DNA of 63,854 bases, the filler included, from Nemertoderma westbladi (taxonomy: Eukaryota > Animalia > Xenacoelomorpha): assembly GCA_032718475.1 (NCBI GenBank). It is 3 parts of 3 records of this genome, joined end to end, with 100 filler letters (N's around TTAATTAATTAA, not from the genome) between each part and the next. Parts side by side here need not be neighbours in the genome. Positions count along the whole stretch, not along the records: positions 1 to 28,661 come from JAUCBJ010004514.1; 2 more parts are not named here. One strand, 5' to 3'. Below are positions 1 to 10,216 of this stretch, piece by piece. The number at the start of each line of letters is the position of its first letter. Position 1 is the first letter of the stretch. The position numbers and the translations under genes were made by a program. Below the pieces are notes generated by a model, which was not told the origin of the DNA, did not search any database, and saw only the letters and a list, made by a program, of their open reading frames with translations.

Positions 1-338
1 AGATTTCGCAAAATATTTTTTTAAAGGCAAAATCGAAAATTCCGACTTCATGGTAACAACCACGGTGAGTTGAAATAGTTGTGATTCAAATTTCAAGCAA
101 TATGATAAAGATCTGTAGAAAAATTTGCGGGAAATAATACTATATTACCGGTCGTGGATTTTTCATTAATTTTAGGTCCAAAATGGAGACAAATTTTGTG
201 AAAAATGTGCGAATGTGAAACTTTGTTTTGTATTGTGAAATTTTCACAGAATTTTGTGAAAAAACCCTAATCTCATAAAAAAGGCGCGTGAAAAAAACGC
301 GAGTACACAGCTATAACACTAAAGTCAATTATTGTTTT

Positions 339-3300
339 TCAGATGACCATAACAAGTTTTACTACATTTTGGTACATAAGTTTGGATAGATCAGTACTGC
401 ATTCCAGTCGAAAGTTGTCAATATCGCCGGCACCAAAGACCCTGTAGAGGTGATAATTGGGACCTTCCAAAAGAGCCAATCGCAATTGTTCTACAGAAAT
501 TTCAAAGAAGTCTTTTTCAAGGCCGCTTGTGGATTTAACTTCGACGTAGCGTGTCTCAATAAAGTTATCGACCGGAGGTTGTAGAGGTTCGATAACAATA
601 TCGTAAGGTGTACCCGAGTCGTCGCGAAGGTCCGAAATGTTGGCGTTCACCCAGACCACGTTGGCTTGGTGACCGATCGTAGCAACCAGGTACATGTAGA
701 CCAGCTGCTCGCCCCAACGCGAGACCTCTCGCCTGTAGAGTTCGCTCTCCTCGGAGTCCCTTCCTAGCGTCCTCAGTATACCACTGAGTTTTCGGGAGTC
801 GTCCCGGGGTAGCCCGAGGCAGTCCCAGCCGACGCCGATCGGGGTCAGCTCCACCTTCTCGGCGGTCAGCCATCGCGGGGGTTTCAGACGTCTGAACAGA
901 TCGTCTGGTTGATGGTAATATGGTCGATGCCCGGTAGGTTGCTGGTAGCTCTCCCCTCGAGCCCTAACTATATTACTATCAACAACAGCTTTCTCTCTAC
1001 TTTCATCGGCAGGTTGTTCATTTACAATCGGAATTTCACCAACAACACCAGAAGTTGTTGGTAACACCGAAGGAGGGTCATTGACCCTTTGGTAACTATT
1101 GTTTACACCTTCGATTGTGTCGCCACCAGTAACAGAACTGTTGTTTACTCGCTCTAACTGCTGTCTTTCAAAAGATTTCGAAACAATCCCTCCCCTTTCA
1201 GTAACAGAACTGTTATCTACTCGTCTCAGATGTAGTTCCTCGCCTTGTTTCATCCCTCCTTCCCTCTCCCTCTCCCGATGTCCATCCCCATCCCCATCCC
1301 CAACCATATCTGATGTTGCTGATCTCCTCTCTTTGATCTCCTGAGAGTGATCAGGTTTTCGAGTCACTACAGGAGTTTCGTTTTCTTTAGGTCTGGGCGG
1401 CGGTTCCGGCCAATTCCTTTCGACCGGCTTATCTTGCTTCAAGTGACCGCTAACGTTACCACCAGGTGCCGGAGGGGGCCAGCAGCGTAGCTTGCCACCG
1501 CTATCCGGAGGACCTGTAGGTTGCACTCTTGGTGTATCCGCCGAGGGCGGAGGTACCGGCGGAGGTACCGGTTTAGGTCGTGGTGGCTCTCGGTATATAA
1601 TAGGCTCCTTTACAGACCAAATGTCTTCATTTTCTGGTAAATAGGGAATTTCGGTAGTCTTAAGAAGCTTGTCTAACCCTCCGTCGCGTTTACCATATGC
1701 CGCAGATAGAAACAGCTTCAATTGCGTCTTACACCTTGGATCCCCTCTGCTGAATATTGTAGCGAGTTGTTCAATAATTACTTGTTCATTCTTGGCTTCC
1801 GCTTTTAGGATGTAAAGTAAAGGGGCTTCGTTGTTCGTTATCTTACATTTCTCGTGGGTAATCTTATACACATCAGCCAAATCGTACTTGAGACGGTATA
1901 TGACCTCGAGTGATTTTGTTCTATAGAATACCATTAGTCTCAATTTGCTTCCTATGTTGTCTTTCTCAATCAGTCTGGAATAAATATCTTGAAAGTTAGT
2001 GTAAAGAAATCTCTGAATAGCTGGAACCAATATAAAAAATATTTCCTGAACTTCAGGTGCTAATTCTTGTTGTTCGGGATTAATTTCCTCATTAACGCAA
2101 ACACTTATCTTTCGGATATTGAAAAGCTCAAGGAATTGATTTATCATTTGTTTACTTTCATGCTTATTGTTGTAGGAATGGGGCAAATTTAGGAAGTCAA
2201 TTTTCCCTGTAAACAAATCTTCTTTGAACTTGTCATCAGCTATCATCAGCTTAGAAGAAGCCTTTATGAAATCATGTTTCTTTGTCGGGAATACCAGATG
2301 ATCTTCTAATAATCGCTTCAGTTGAAGCTTCTGCATCTCATTCACGTTCGGTGGCAACATTTCCTCGGCAGAGCTTGCATCACCATAACAACAGCATTTC
2401 ATCAAAGTTATGTACAATCGGAAAACATCTTCCACCGCGACTCTTTCACTAGCAGAAATTTTTGAGCAAATAATGATCAATAATTTAGCATAAATCTTTA
2501 GGGGTGGACTGGTGGGGACTCCAGCTATTTCTACGAAAAGATGCTTGAAGGCAGAGTCACTGTAGTAAGTAGACAAACTCAATGCCAATTCCAGTGATTC
2601 TAAACGATATTTCTTTTGAACTTTTGTAGGCTCATCCCAAAATAAATCTTGTTTCGATTGAAATATTCCATCCACAGGTTTGGAAGGTTTGTTGCAGTTT
2701 TCTGGAATCCAAATAAAGTTATTGTTGCTAAAAAGTTCTAGAAGCTTGGTGCCGGGCATGTTGTCTAGAATGTGTTTATAAAAATACGTCATATGAGTCA
2801 AAGACGTTTGGAATTGAACAGCTGTTTGTTGGGTTAATTCAGGGGCCTTTGACCAAGTCAAAGCCAGGTTCCAGCAATCATCAACGCCAATATCTCGCCT
2901 TATGCCCAAAAATTCAATAAACCGCTTTCCATAATTGGTTATGGTCAAGTATGGGATATGAATGTATGCCAATTTAAAAATTGTGGTACTCCATGTGACA
3001 GCATCATTTGGGCGTACGTATTGTATATCACTGAGATATAAACTCAACTCTTCTTCTAAATCAGTTAGTGACCGCTCTGATAACACCATCCAACCTGGTT
3101 TTGTGCAAGGTAGCCAAGGCAACGATTTTAACTTCAATGCAAATGAGGATAGAGTATCTTTTACCCTATTTCCTTTATTGTCCTTAACCATGGCTGAAGT
3201 AAAATTAATATATCTATTATCCCACTCTGAATTCAATAATGAAAATAAAAATTTACGATTGTAATACTTAGTGCCAATGTCTAGAGTTTCTTCATTTTCT

Positions 3301-6300
3301 CCAAGAAGATGATCAATCTCCGGAGAGCACCAATCTTCAATGACGTATTCATCCCGTACATCTGATACAACAGCATCCCAAGCATCAAACCCTGTTGGAC
3401 TACCAGCTGCAACCGCCACGTTTCGTTTTGTGATGAACAATCCATCAACGACACCCAAAGTGGAAAGGAACCGACGCCATGCCTGAATATTCGCAGCATT
3501 ATTTGGATTTTGTCCCAAGTATACATTATTAACAAAAGACCATTTCAAATTTTGGTTAATCAGTAATGGGTTCTTAAAAGCCTTTGAAAAATGGAGTGGT
3601 CGAGTTAATGGCAAGATAAATTCATTGGTTGAAGTCAACAAAACCAGATTATCTTTTAGATCCTGAGTACTACAAAGATTGGGCTGATATTCTAAAGCTA
3701 AGAAAATGTAGATAGTATAGGCAACAATAGTTTCTTTTGACTTGCTCTGCGTCAAATTATTCGACCGAAGCGTCGGCAATATATGTTTATTAATGACATC
3801 TGATGGGGATATCTGCTTAACTCCAATCATTTCTAGTAACTTTCGAACCTGGTAGTTAATAACTTCATCTGTAGTCAGCATTATTTGAGGGGATATTGTC
3901 GGCAAATCGGAGATTAATGGTTTCAACAAGTGTTTATAATCACGACTGCCAACACCAATATTATTGGAATCATTTGCAAAAAAGATTACATTTAGTGACT
4001 TGAAGGAGACTAAGCGACCATCTACCAAAGGTATTATTGGAACATTATGGAGCTGATCAGTAAGTGTTTGCTGAAGACCGAGATGGTTTGAATCTATAGA
4101 ACGTTCTAAACAAGCCATCCATTTGGCGATGACAAAATAAGCGTGAACGCGGTCTTCATTATCCATGTCTTCCCACACTAAGCTTAGTTCAACAGCACTG
4201 CTGCTACCTATTTCGAGTATATGGCTGGTGTCCAGTTGTCTGATGCCAAGAGTTTCAGCGAGACCAGGACGTTCTGCCAGACAAGCTGCCACTATTGGAT
4301 GGAGGTAGTGAAGAGCCAACATTTCAAATAGCTGCTCATCAGGGATAACATCAGCGAATAGTGGATCCTTTGAATAAATCACTTGACAGGGTTGATGCCA
4401 ACTGACAGGATCAGAGGTTGACGGAAGAAAGGCTTGGCCTTTCAGAATTTGAATAATATTAGATGCCACTGAGCCGAAAAAACCAACCACCTCATTTGGT
4501 AAAGGTAAATATTGTAGCATTACACACAGGGCACTGATTGAATTCATGCCTGGTTGTTCCTGTAATTTATCAATACATTGGACAAAGAAGGTAGGTATTT
4601 GTTCAGCCAACCACTGGTTCCAGGCGCTGTCTTGATCTATATCCTCACGGGAAGAAGGCACCTCAAAGTCTGCTTGCAGCAAAAAATGAAAACCATATGA
4701 ACGTAATGGCAGGAAAGCAAATACAGGCCACTGTTGGTTCATGGTGAACACAGCAGCTTCATCTGTATCCTTAATCTCCATTGGAAAACCTAGTGCGATA
4801 TACGTGTTAAGTGCGTTCTTCACTGTTAAGTAATCAGGTATTTCCAACTCCAGAGTATAGATTAACCAATGATCTTGCTTACCTTTATAACAAATTTCAA
4901 CAACATTATTTTCAAGATTGCATCTTGTCATTGTCTCACTGCGTCCTTCAACTTCATTAAGAATTGTAATTGATTTTAGTCGGTTGAGAAATAACAGAAT
5001 GGATGGGTGAATGTCACAAAATTTGGCAGCAAGGGAACTGGTTCTCATTTCTTCTTTCAGTGGTAATGAGATACTCGTGTGCCATTGTTTCAGATTATCA
5101 CAATCAATGATTGTTGGATATCTAATTGATTCACTTATCCAATGTGGCAATATGTAACCCATTGGGCCAGAATTACAATCAAAGCATATATGAAAGCCAT
5201 TTGAGTGTACTTCAGGCCTGTCAGTAACACGAAATACAGATTTGAACCCAATGCCTTTCTGACCTATATAGCCAGCCACATGCTTTCCTTTCGTTGTCCT
5301 TCCAACATCGCATACAGCACGTATATTTGCTTCAGAGAAGCCAGTCTCATTATTGAAAAGAGTTATACAATCTTTCTGCACATAGAAAAAAAGTGATGGT
5401 ACATCATCACTATCACCACTGAGCATCGCATTAGAATAGTGATTGTCATCAGCATTTTGTATTAATTCTAATACAAAATGTGTATCTTTAGAGTACAGCT
5501 CTTTGGATAGGCGATCCAAAGAACGGCCTAGGCGATCCTGATTTTTTTGGACTAACAATTGAACATCTCCAGAAAGCTCAACACCAACTCCAAATTCGGT
5601 TCTGCGAATCTTATCAATAAGTGCCTTATGGATATTTTCCTCTTCCTGCACAATATCCGTCGAAATTTCATGATCATCAGAAATATCACTGCCAGCATCC
5701 TCATAAATACTATCAGAATCAGAAATATCTAGCCAATTGTCACTATTTTCTGACTTAGTAGCACTTGAGTCATCATCTGAGTTAAGATTCAATATATCAC
5801 TTCCATTTGTATCATCAACATCGAGACTTTTATTGAGAACTAATTCTTCAGTTGTTTTATCATTGGTTTTGAAAACCTCATCCATATTAAATTGTGGCTG
5901 AAGTGGTTGTGTCTTTGTCTTTGCCAACCCATAGAAATGATCCATCCATTCTTGTATACCCAATATGAATCCTAATTGATGCAATACAGAGAGTTCACTC
6001 GGAGTTTTACAGGCAGCCAGAAGCATCGAATGTGATTTCGAACTCCCAATAACATCAGTCAGTGGATTCAGAAATATTTGAGTAGCAGTACCTGATCGTA
6101 TCCTATTTGGAGTAGCCAGCATGCAGTCTAATACAAAGCGAATAATAATAGTCTGAGCATCTGTTTCTTTTGATCCCTCTACAACTGCTGCCGTGTACCA
6201 GGCATTCAGACTTGCCTTCATATGATTACAAAGCAATGCCAGTGGAGCAGTTTTAATGCCCCCAGATTTGGCTACTATAGAGGTTAAATGACCCGCTGTA

Positions 6301-8819
6301 TCATTGGCCAATCGTTTACGAACCGAATCTGCAAAAGATGCTGGAGAGGAACTCACAGAAAGGAGAAGGAATTCTTTACCATTTGGTGATATTTCTAATA
6401 CATTGATGCCCATTTTATCACAATTTTTCTTTAAAAACTCCTTCAAAGGCCCTAACTCATTCAGAAACAGGTTATCCCATTGTGTATAGGAAGATATATT
6501 AACAAGGAGGGGTGCATTCTTCAACATAAAAACTGCTGTGTCTTTATTAACTTGATTTGCACCAATAATAGATGTAGTATCCAACCGTGGGACAAGGACA
6601 GCTTCAATTATTATACTCAATCTTGAGTGACACACATCTTGTTTACCAACCATATTTAAAAGCCTACGTAATGGACCAAAGCCTAAATCTTTGACATCCT
6701 CAACACCATAATAATCTTGCATTGTTTGAACCAGTATGGTTTCATTATCAACCTTCCTATCCAATCCCATAAACTGTTTAATAAAAAATAATACATCACT
6801 TTTTGAAACAGTTCCTCTAGCTTCGGAACCTCCAACTGTTTGACCGATACCGAGTTCGTTTAAAACATCAGCCTGGGCGCAAAGGAACTCCAGAAAGGGA
6901 CCCTGTTTCAGTTCCCCAAAGCTCTGGCACGAGAAATCATCAGTAAGATGATTCTCAAGACGAACGAGAGTAGACAATTTCATACTATATCCCAAATGAT
7001 CTGCAAATTTTTCGAGATAACTTCTGAGTTTTCCTTGAAGTTGTGACTTTGATGGCAGTTTTGATGTTGTGGAATCTGCTGGCATGGAGCAACCCAGTTG
7101 GAATTCTCCACTTCCTGAAAGTGGAATCACAGGTGGAGGTAAAATCGACCAAACATCCTGTGGAGTTTGGCAGTTCGAACAACAAATTGCCAATTGAAAC
7201 AATAGGCTACATAAGTCATTGCATGACATCTCATCAAGGAACCTGTCTATAGCTTTCTTTGCATCTCTATATTTAGTTTTTAATGTTCGTGAAATACGCC
7301 ATTCAGACAAAGTGGTGAACAATAGAGTTTGAGCTTTGTACACTTCTAATACTGCTTTACCGGGGTTGAGTTTCTGCAATCTTAACATAGCAGTCCCCAT
7401 TGGAGAAGCTCCTGGTATACTTTGTCTGATGAGAAGCTCCCGCGCTCGAATCTCTTTGTTGATATCCGCTTTAAGGTGATCCACCATGGCATTGAGACCA
7501 TCTTCACGAAGAATCTTGTCATCACGTTGGGATCGTTTAATGCAGTTTATGGCCAAGGGGATTGACGAAATCTTGACTCCCAAACGAAATGGTTCAGATT
7601 CAAACTCATACTGCTCAGCCATGTAGTTCATAAATTCAACCATGTCAAGTTTGAAAGCTCGACTGTTCCATAATTTATTCTTTGATAGATACCCTTTGAG
7701 GTGGTTAAGGACATCACTAGCCTCAATTTTGGGAATCTCATATGCATCACCAGGAAGCTTATATAAGTCATAAATTACTGGCTGCTTACATAATGGCCCT
7801 AAATTCAAATCGGTAAAGGTTTTTGCACCTGGTTGCATAAAATCTGACAGACATCGATTCAGCTCATGAAGTGTTGCCACACTTCGAATATCGGTAAAGG
7901 CTTGAATATAAGTTGTAACTTTACGCTGCATCATATTGATTCGTCTCAAACAGGGAACATCAACATCCCTGTGATAGTTTCTATGTATCATGCTCAGGTT
8001 ACGTACACCAAAATGTTGGAGAGTTAAGTCTCTAACCTTGGATGTGGTAACGAATTCATTTTGACTCGATAGTTGTTCCATGAATAATTCGCAAGCTGCA
8101 TCAACTCCCCCGTCAACCTCTTTCCTTACAGATTCTGGGTAGGGAGATGGTCTCGTTTGGGGTGGTTGTTGGGGCTGCCCACCACCTGTTGTTAACACAG
8201 GAGGTGGGTTTCGGTCCGGGTAGGGTGATGGTCTGGGTTGGGGCGGTTGTTGGTGCTGCATCATTGGTGTTGTTACCATAGGGGGTGGGTTTCTGTCTGG
8301 GATGGGTGATGGTCTGGGTTGGGGTGGTGGTTGATGCTGCATCATTGGTGTTGTTACCATTGGTGGTATGTAGTATCCCGTTTGAGGAATTCGGTCGGGT
8401 GGATAGGATTTGTCCCTTCCCGATTTGGAATGAGATGGTATATTTGGTTTTGCAGATGAAGCTTCATATAATAGCTGGGGTTCAGAGGAAGCTCCAGGTG
8501 TCGGACTCTTTCCACCTTTCTTGTGTTGTTGTTTATTTTTAGGCATGGTCTCATACCGGTATGAAGAATTACTATATTCTGTTTTTCTTCCTCTCAAGGG
8601 TGTAATTTCATCAACTATAAAAATGTCGTCATCAGAAGCACTATCGCTATCGTTCCGATTACCATAGAAACGAGAATTAAATTGTGCTGGAGGCGAAGAT
8701 AAGTCAGATGTCCGGTGGCCGGGTGTTTGGCGGTTATCACCTGACGATTTTCGTTTACTCGATTTATATTCCCGATAGAGTGATCGCTTTAAACCATGAC
8801 CGGATAATCCACTATCCAT
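339..8819 (-). CDS. NOV: NO VEIN-like protein (homolog of plant NO VEIN, not CCN3): Pro/Gln-rich N-terminus, sacsin-type GHKL (HATPase_c) domain, C-terminal DUF3883/NOV_C nuclease-like domain; single coding exon
   Basis: 2826-aa uninterrupted ORF. GHKL motifs LYSKDTHFVLELIQNADDN, NNETGFSEANIRAVCDVGRTTK, GYIGQKGIGFKSVF; FAFLPLRSYGFHFLLQADFEVPSSREDI. C-terminus WGEQLVYMYL...PYDI...YVEVKSTS...FEISVEQL...YHLYRV is typical of DUF3883. Confidence 0.9.
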   Translation of the reverse strand: MDSGLSGHGLKRSLYREYKSSKRKSSGDNRQTPGHRTSDLSSPPAQFNSRFYGNRNDSDSASDDDIFIVDEITPLRGRKTEYSNSSYRYETMPKNKQQHKKGGKSPTPGASSEPQLLYEASSAKPNIPSHSKSGRDKSYPPDRIPQTGYYIPPMVTTPMMQHQPPPQPRPSPIPDRNPPPMVTTPMMQHQQPPQPRPSPYPDRNPPPVLTTGGGQPQQPPQTRPSPYPESVRKEVDGGVDAACELFMEQLSSQNEFVTTSKVRDLTLQHFGVRNLSMIHRNYHRDVDVPCLRRINMMQRKVTTYIQAFTDIRSVATLHELNRCLSDFMQPGAKTFTDLNLGPLCKQPVIYDLYKLPGDAYEIPKIEASDVLNHLKGYLSKNKLWNSRAFKLDMVEFMNYMAEQYEFESEPFRLGVKISSIPLAINCIKRSQRDDKILREDGLNAMVDHLKADINKEIRARELLIRQSIPGASPMGTAMLRLQKLNPGKAVLEVYKAQTLLFTTLSEWRISRTLKTKYRDAKKAIDRFLDEMSCNDLCSLLFQLAICCSNCQTPQDVWSILPPPVIPLSGSGEFQLGCSMPADSTTSKLPSKSQLQGKLRSYLEKFADHLGYSMKLSTLVRLENHLTDDFSCQSFGELKQGPFLEFLCAQADVLNELGIGQTVGGSEARGTVSKSDVLFFIKQFMGLDRKVDNETILVQTMQDYYGVEDVKDLGFGPLRRLLNMVGKQDVCHSRLSIIIEAVLVPRLDTTSIIGANQVNKDTAVFMLKNAPLLVNISSYTQWDNLFLNELGPLKEFLKKNCDKMGINVLEISPNGKEFLLLSVSSSPASFADSVRKRLANDTAGHLTSIVAKSGGIKTAPLALLCNHMKASLNAWYTAAVVEGSKETDAQTIIIRFVLDCMLATPNRIRSGTATQIFLNPLTDVIGSSKSHSMLLAACKTPSELSVLHQLGFILGIQEWMDHFYGLAKTKTQPLQPQFNMDEVFKTNDKTTEELVLNKSLDVDDTNGSDILNLNSDDDSSATKSENSDNWLDISDSDSIYEDAGSDISDDHEISTDIVQEEENIHKALIDKIRRTEFGVGVELSGDVQLLVQKNQDRLGRSLDRLSKELYSKDTHFVLELIQNADDNHYSNAMLSGDSDDVPSLFFYVQKDCITLFNNETGFSEANIRAVCDVGRTTKGKHVAGYIGQKGIGFKSVFRVTDRPEVHSNGFHICFDCNSGPMGYILPHWISESIRYPTIIDCDNLKQWHTSISLPLKEEMRTSSLAAKFCDIHPSILLFLNRLKSITILNEVEGRSETMTRCNLENNVVEICYKGKQDHWLIYTLELEIPDYLTVKNALNTYIALGFPMEIKDTDEAAVFTMNQQWPVFAFLPLRSYGFHFLLQADFEVPSSREDIDQDSAWNQWLAEQIPTFFVQCIDKLQEQPGMNSISALCVMLQYLPLPNEVVGFFGSVASNIIQILKGQAFLPSTSDPVSWHQPCQVIYSKDPLFADVIPDEQLFEMLALHYLHPIVAACLAERPGLAETLGIRQLDTSHILEIGSSSAVELSLVWEDMDNEDRVHAYFVIAKWMACLERSIDSNHLGLQQTLTDQLHNVPIIPLVDGRLVSFKSLNVIFFANDSNNIGVGSRDYKHLLKPLISDLPTISPQIMLTTDEVINYQVRKLLEMIGVKQISPSDVINKHILPTLRSNNLTQSKSKETIVAYTIYIFLALEYQPNLCSTQDLKDNLVLLTSTNEFILPLTRPLHFSKAFKNPLLINQNLKWSFVNNVYLGQNPNNAANIQAWRRFLSTLGVVDGLFITKRNVAVAAGSPTGFDAWDAVVSDVRDEYVIEDWCSPEIDHLLGENEETLDIGTKYYNRKFLFSLLNSEWDNRYINFTSAMVKDNKGNRVKDTLSSFALKLKSLPWLPCTKPGWMVLSERSLTDLEEELSLYLSDIQYVRPNDAVTWSTTIFKLAYIHIPYLTITNYGKRFIEFLGIRRDIGVDDCWNLALTWSKAPELTQQTAVQFQTSLTHMTYFYKHILDNMPGTKLLELFSNNNFIWIPENCNKPSKPVDGIFQSKQDLFWDEPTKVQKKYRLESLELALSLSTYYSDSAFKHLFVEIAGVPTSPPLKIYAKLLIIICSKISASERVAVEDVFRLYITLMKCCCYGDASSAEEMLPPNVNEMQKLQLKRLLEDHLVFPTKKHDFIKASSKLMIADDKFKEDLFTGKIDFLNLPHSYNNKHESKQMINQFLELFNIRKISVCVNEEINPEQQELAPEVQEIFFILVPAIQRFLYTNFQDIYSRLIEKDNIGSKLRLMVFYRTKSLEVIYRLKYDLADVYKITHEKCKITNNEAPLLYILKAEAKNEQVIIEQLATIFSRGDPRCKTQLKLFLSAAYGKRDGGLDKLLKTTEIPYLPENEDIWSVKEPIIYREPPRPKPVPPPVPPPSADTPRVQPTGPPDSGGKLRCWPPPAPGGNVSGHLKQDKPVERNWPEPPPRPKENETPVVTRKPDHSQEIKERRSATSDMVGDGDGDGHREREREGGMKQGEELHLRRVDNSSVTERGGIVSKSFERQQLERVNNSSVTGGDTIEGVNNSYQRVNDPPSVLPTTSGVVGEIPIVNEQPADESREKAVVDSNIVRARGESYQQPTGHRPYYHQPDDLFRRLKPPRWLTAEKVELTPIGVGWDCLGLPRDDSRKLSGILRTLGRDSEESELYRREVSRWGEQLVYMYLVATIGHQANVVWVNANISDLRDDSGTPYDIVIEPLQPPVDNFIETRYVEVKSTSGLEKDFFEISVEQLRLALLEGPNYHLYRVFGAGDIDNFRLECSTDLSKLMYQNVVKLVMVI

Positions 8820-8831
8820 TCGGATTTATAT

Positions 8832-8860
8832 CTGGTAAACACAAAAAATAAAAATTAACA
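8832..8860 (-). other. 3' splice acceptor of a 5'-UTR intron of the NOV-like gene
   Basis: Minus strand reads tgttaatttttattttttgtgtttacCAG|ATATAAATCCGA-ATG. An in-frame TAA lies between the acceptor and the ATG, so the upstream exon would be non-coding. Confidence 0.6.
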
Positions 8861-8989
8861 ATCTGATGTGACAATATACATAATTTTTTCAAAAATTAAT
8901 GTATTAATTTCGTCCAGTTTCAACAATACAAGATTACATTGTGCCACATTGAAACGTTGAGTGATAACAATGTTGACCTTTACAGTCCA

Positions 8990-9800
8990 CTCATACAAAT
9001 TTTATAGTCCGCTCACACAACTTTATAGTCCGCTCACGCTCACACATCTTTATAGTCTGCTCACACAACTTTATAGTCCACTCACACAACTTTATAGTCC
9101 GCTCACACAACTTTATAGTCCACTCACACAACTTTATAGTCCACTCACACAACTTTATAGTCCACTCACACAACTTTATAGTCCGCTCACACATCTATAT
9201 AGTCCGCTCACACATCTTTATAGTCCGCTCACACAACTTTATAGTCCGCTCACACAACTTTATAGTCCACTCACACATCTTTATAGTCCACTCACACAAC
9301 TTTATAGTCCGCTCACACATCTTTATAGTCCGCTCACACATCTTTATAGTCCGCTCACACAACTTTATAGTCCGCTCACACAACTTTATAGTCCGCTCAC
9401 AAAACTTTATAGTCCGCTCACACAACTTTATAGTCCGCTCACACAACTGTATAGTCTACTCACACAACTTTATAGTCCGCTCACACATCTTTATAGTCCA
9501 CTCACACAACTTTATAGTCCGCTCACACAACTTTATAGTCCGCTCACACATCTTTATAGTCCGCTCACACATCTTTATAGTCCGCTCGCACAACTTTATA
9601 GTCCGCTCACACAACTTTATAGTCCGCTCACACAACTTTATAGTCCGCTCACACAACTTTATAGTCCGCTCACACAACATTATAGTCCGCTCACACAACT
9701 TTATAGTCCGCTCACACAACTTTATAGTCCGCTCATACAACTTTATAGTCCGCTCACACAACTTTATAGTCCGCTCACACAACTTTAGTCTGCTCACACT
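8990..9800. repeat. 21-bp minisatellite (CTTTATAGTCCGCTCACACAA)n, ~38 copies
   Basis: Direct tandem periodicity with minor variants; gives heptad ORFs on both strands (LYSPLTQ / CERTIKL). Confidence 0.97.
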
Positions 9801-9904
9801 GCTGCCTTTTAGTTTTAGTATATAAGTGAATCAATAATTAGGTGTAACTGTACAATTGGTATAGTGGATATTATAAGTGGGCGCTAGCTTATCATATCCC
9901 AAGA

Positions 9905-9985
9905 TTTGCTCCCGGCAGTTATTTAACTGATACTCATTTTATCGACCCCAGTGGATGAAAGGCTGAGTGGACCCAAGCCTTCCAT
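9905..9985 (-). mobile_element. tRNA-SINE body fragment
   Basis: Minus strand CTCAGCCTTTCATCCACTGGGGTCGATAAAATGAGTATC, a body motif widely shared by metazoan tRNA-derived SINEs; related copy at ~58360-58400. Confidence 0.55.
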
Positions 9986-10216
9986 TAGCAATAAATTGAT
10001 AATTAATATTGTTAATTCGCCGAATCGGGAATTCCAGGCGTATCTTGAGCTTAGTGTATTTTTTCATTGATTTTCAAGGAAAAGTTATTATAATAGCTTA
10101 TCATAAATCAAATGGTATATTACATTGAAGGCATTGTTCGGTTTCTATTGGATGGGGCAATGACTAATATATAAAATAACTGTTATGTGCTCGTGGAAAG
10201 GGTTATGTACATTGTA

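Noticed and set aside
565-8554. Short alternative-frame and antisense ORFs inside the NOV-like CDS
   Set aside because: Shadow ORFs with no independent support.
8991-9797. Minus-strand CERTIKL repeat ORFs
   Set aside because: Interrupted by stops; simple translation of the minisatellite.
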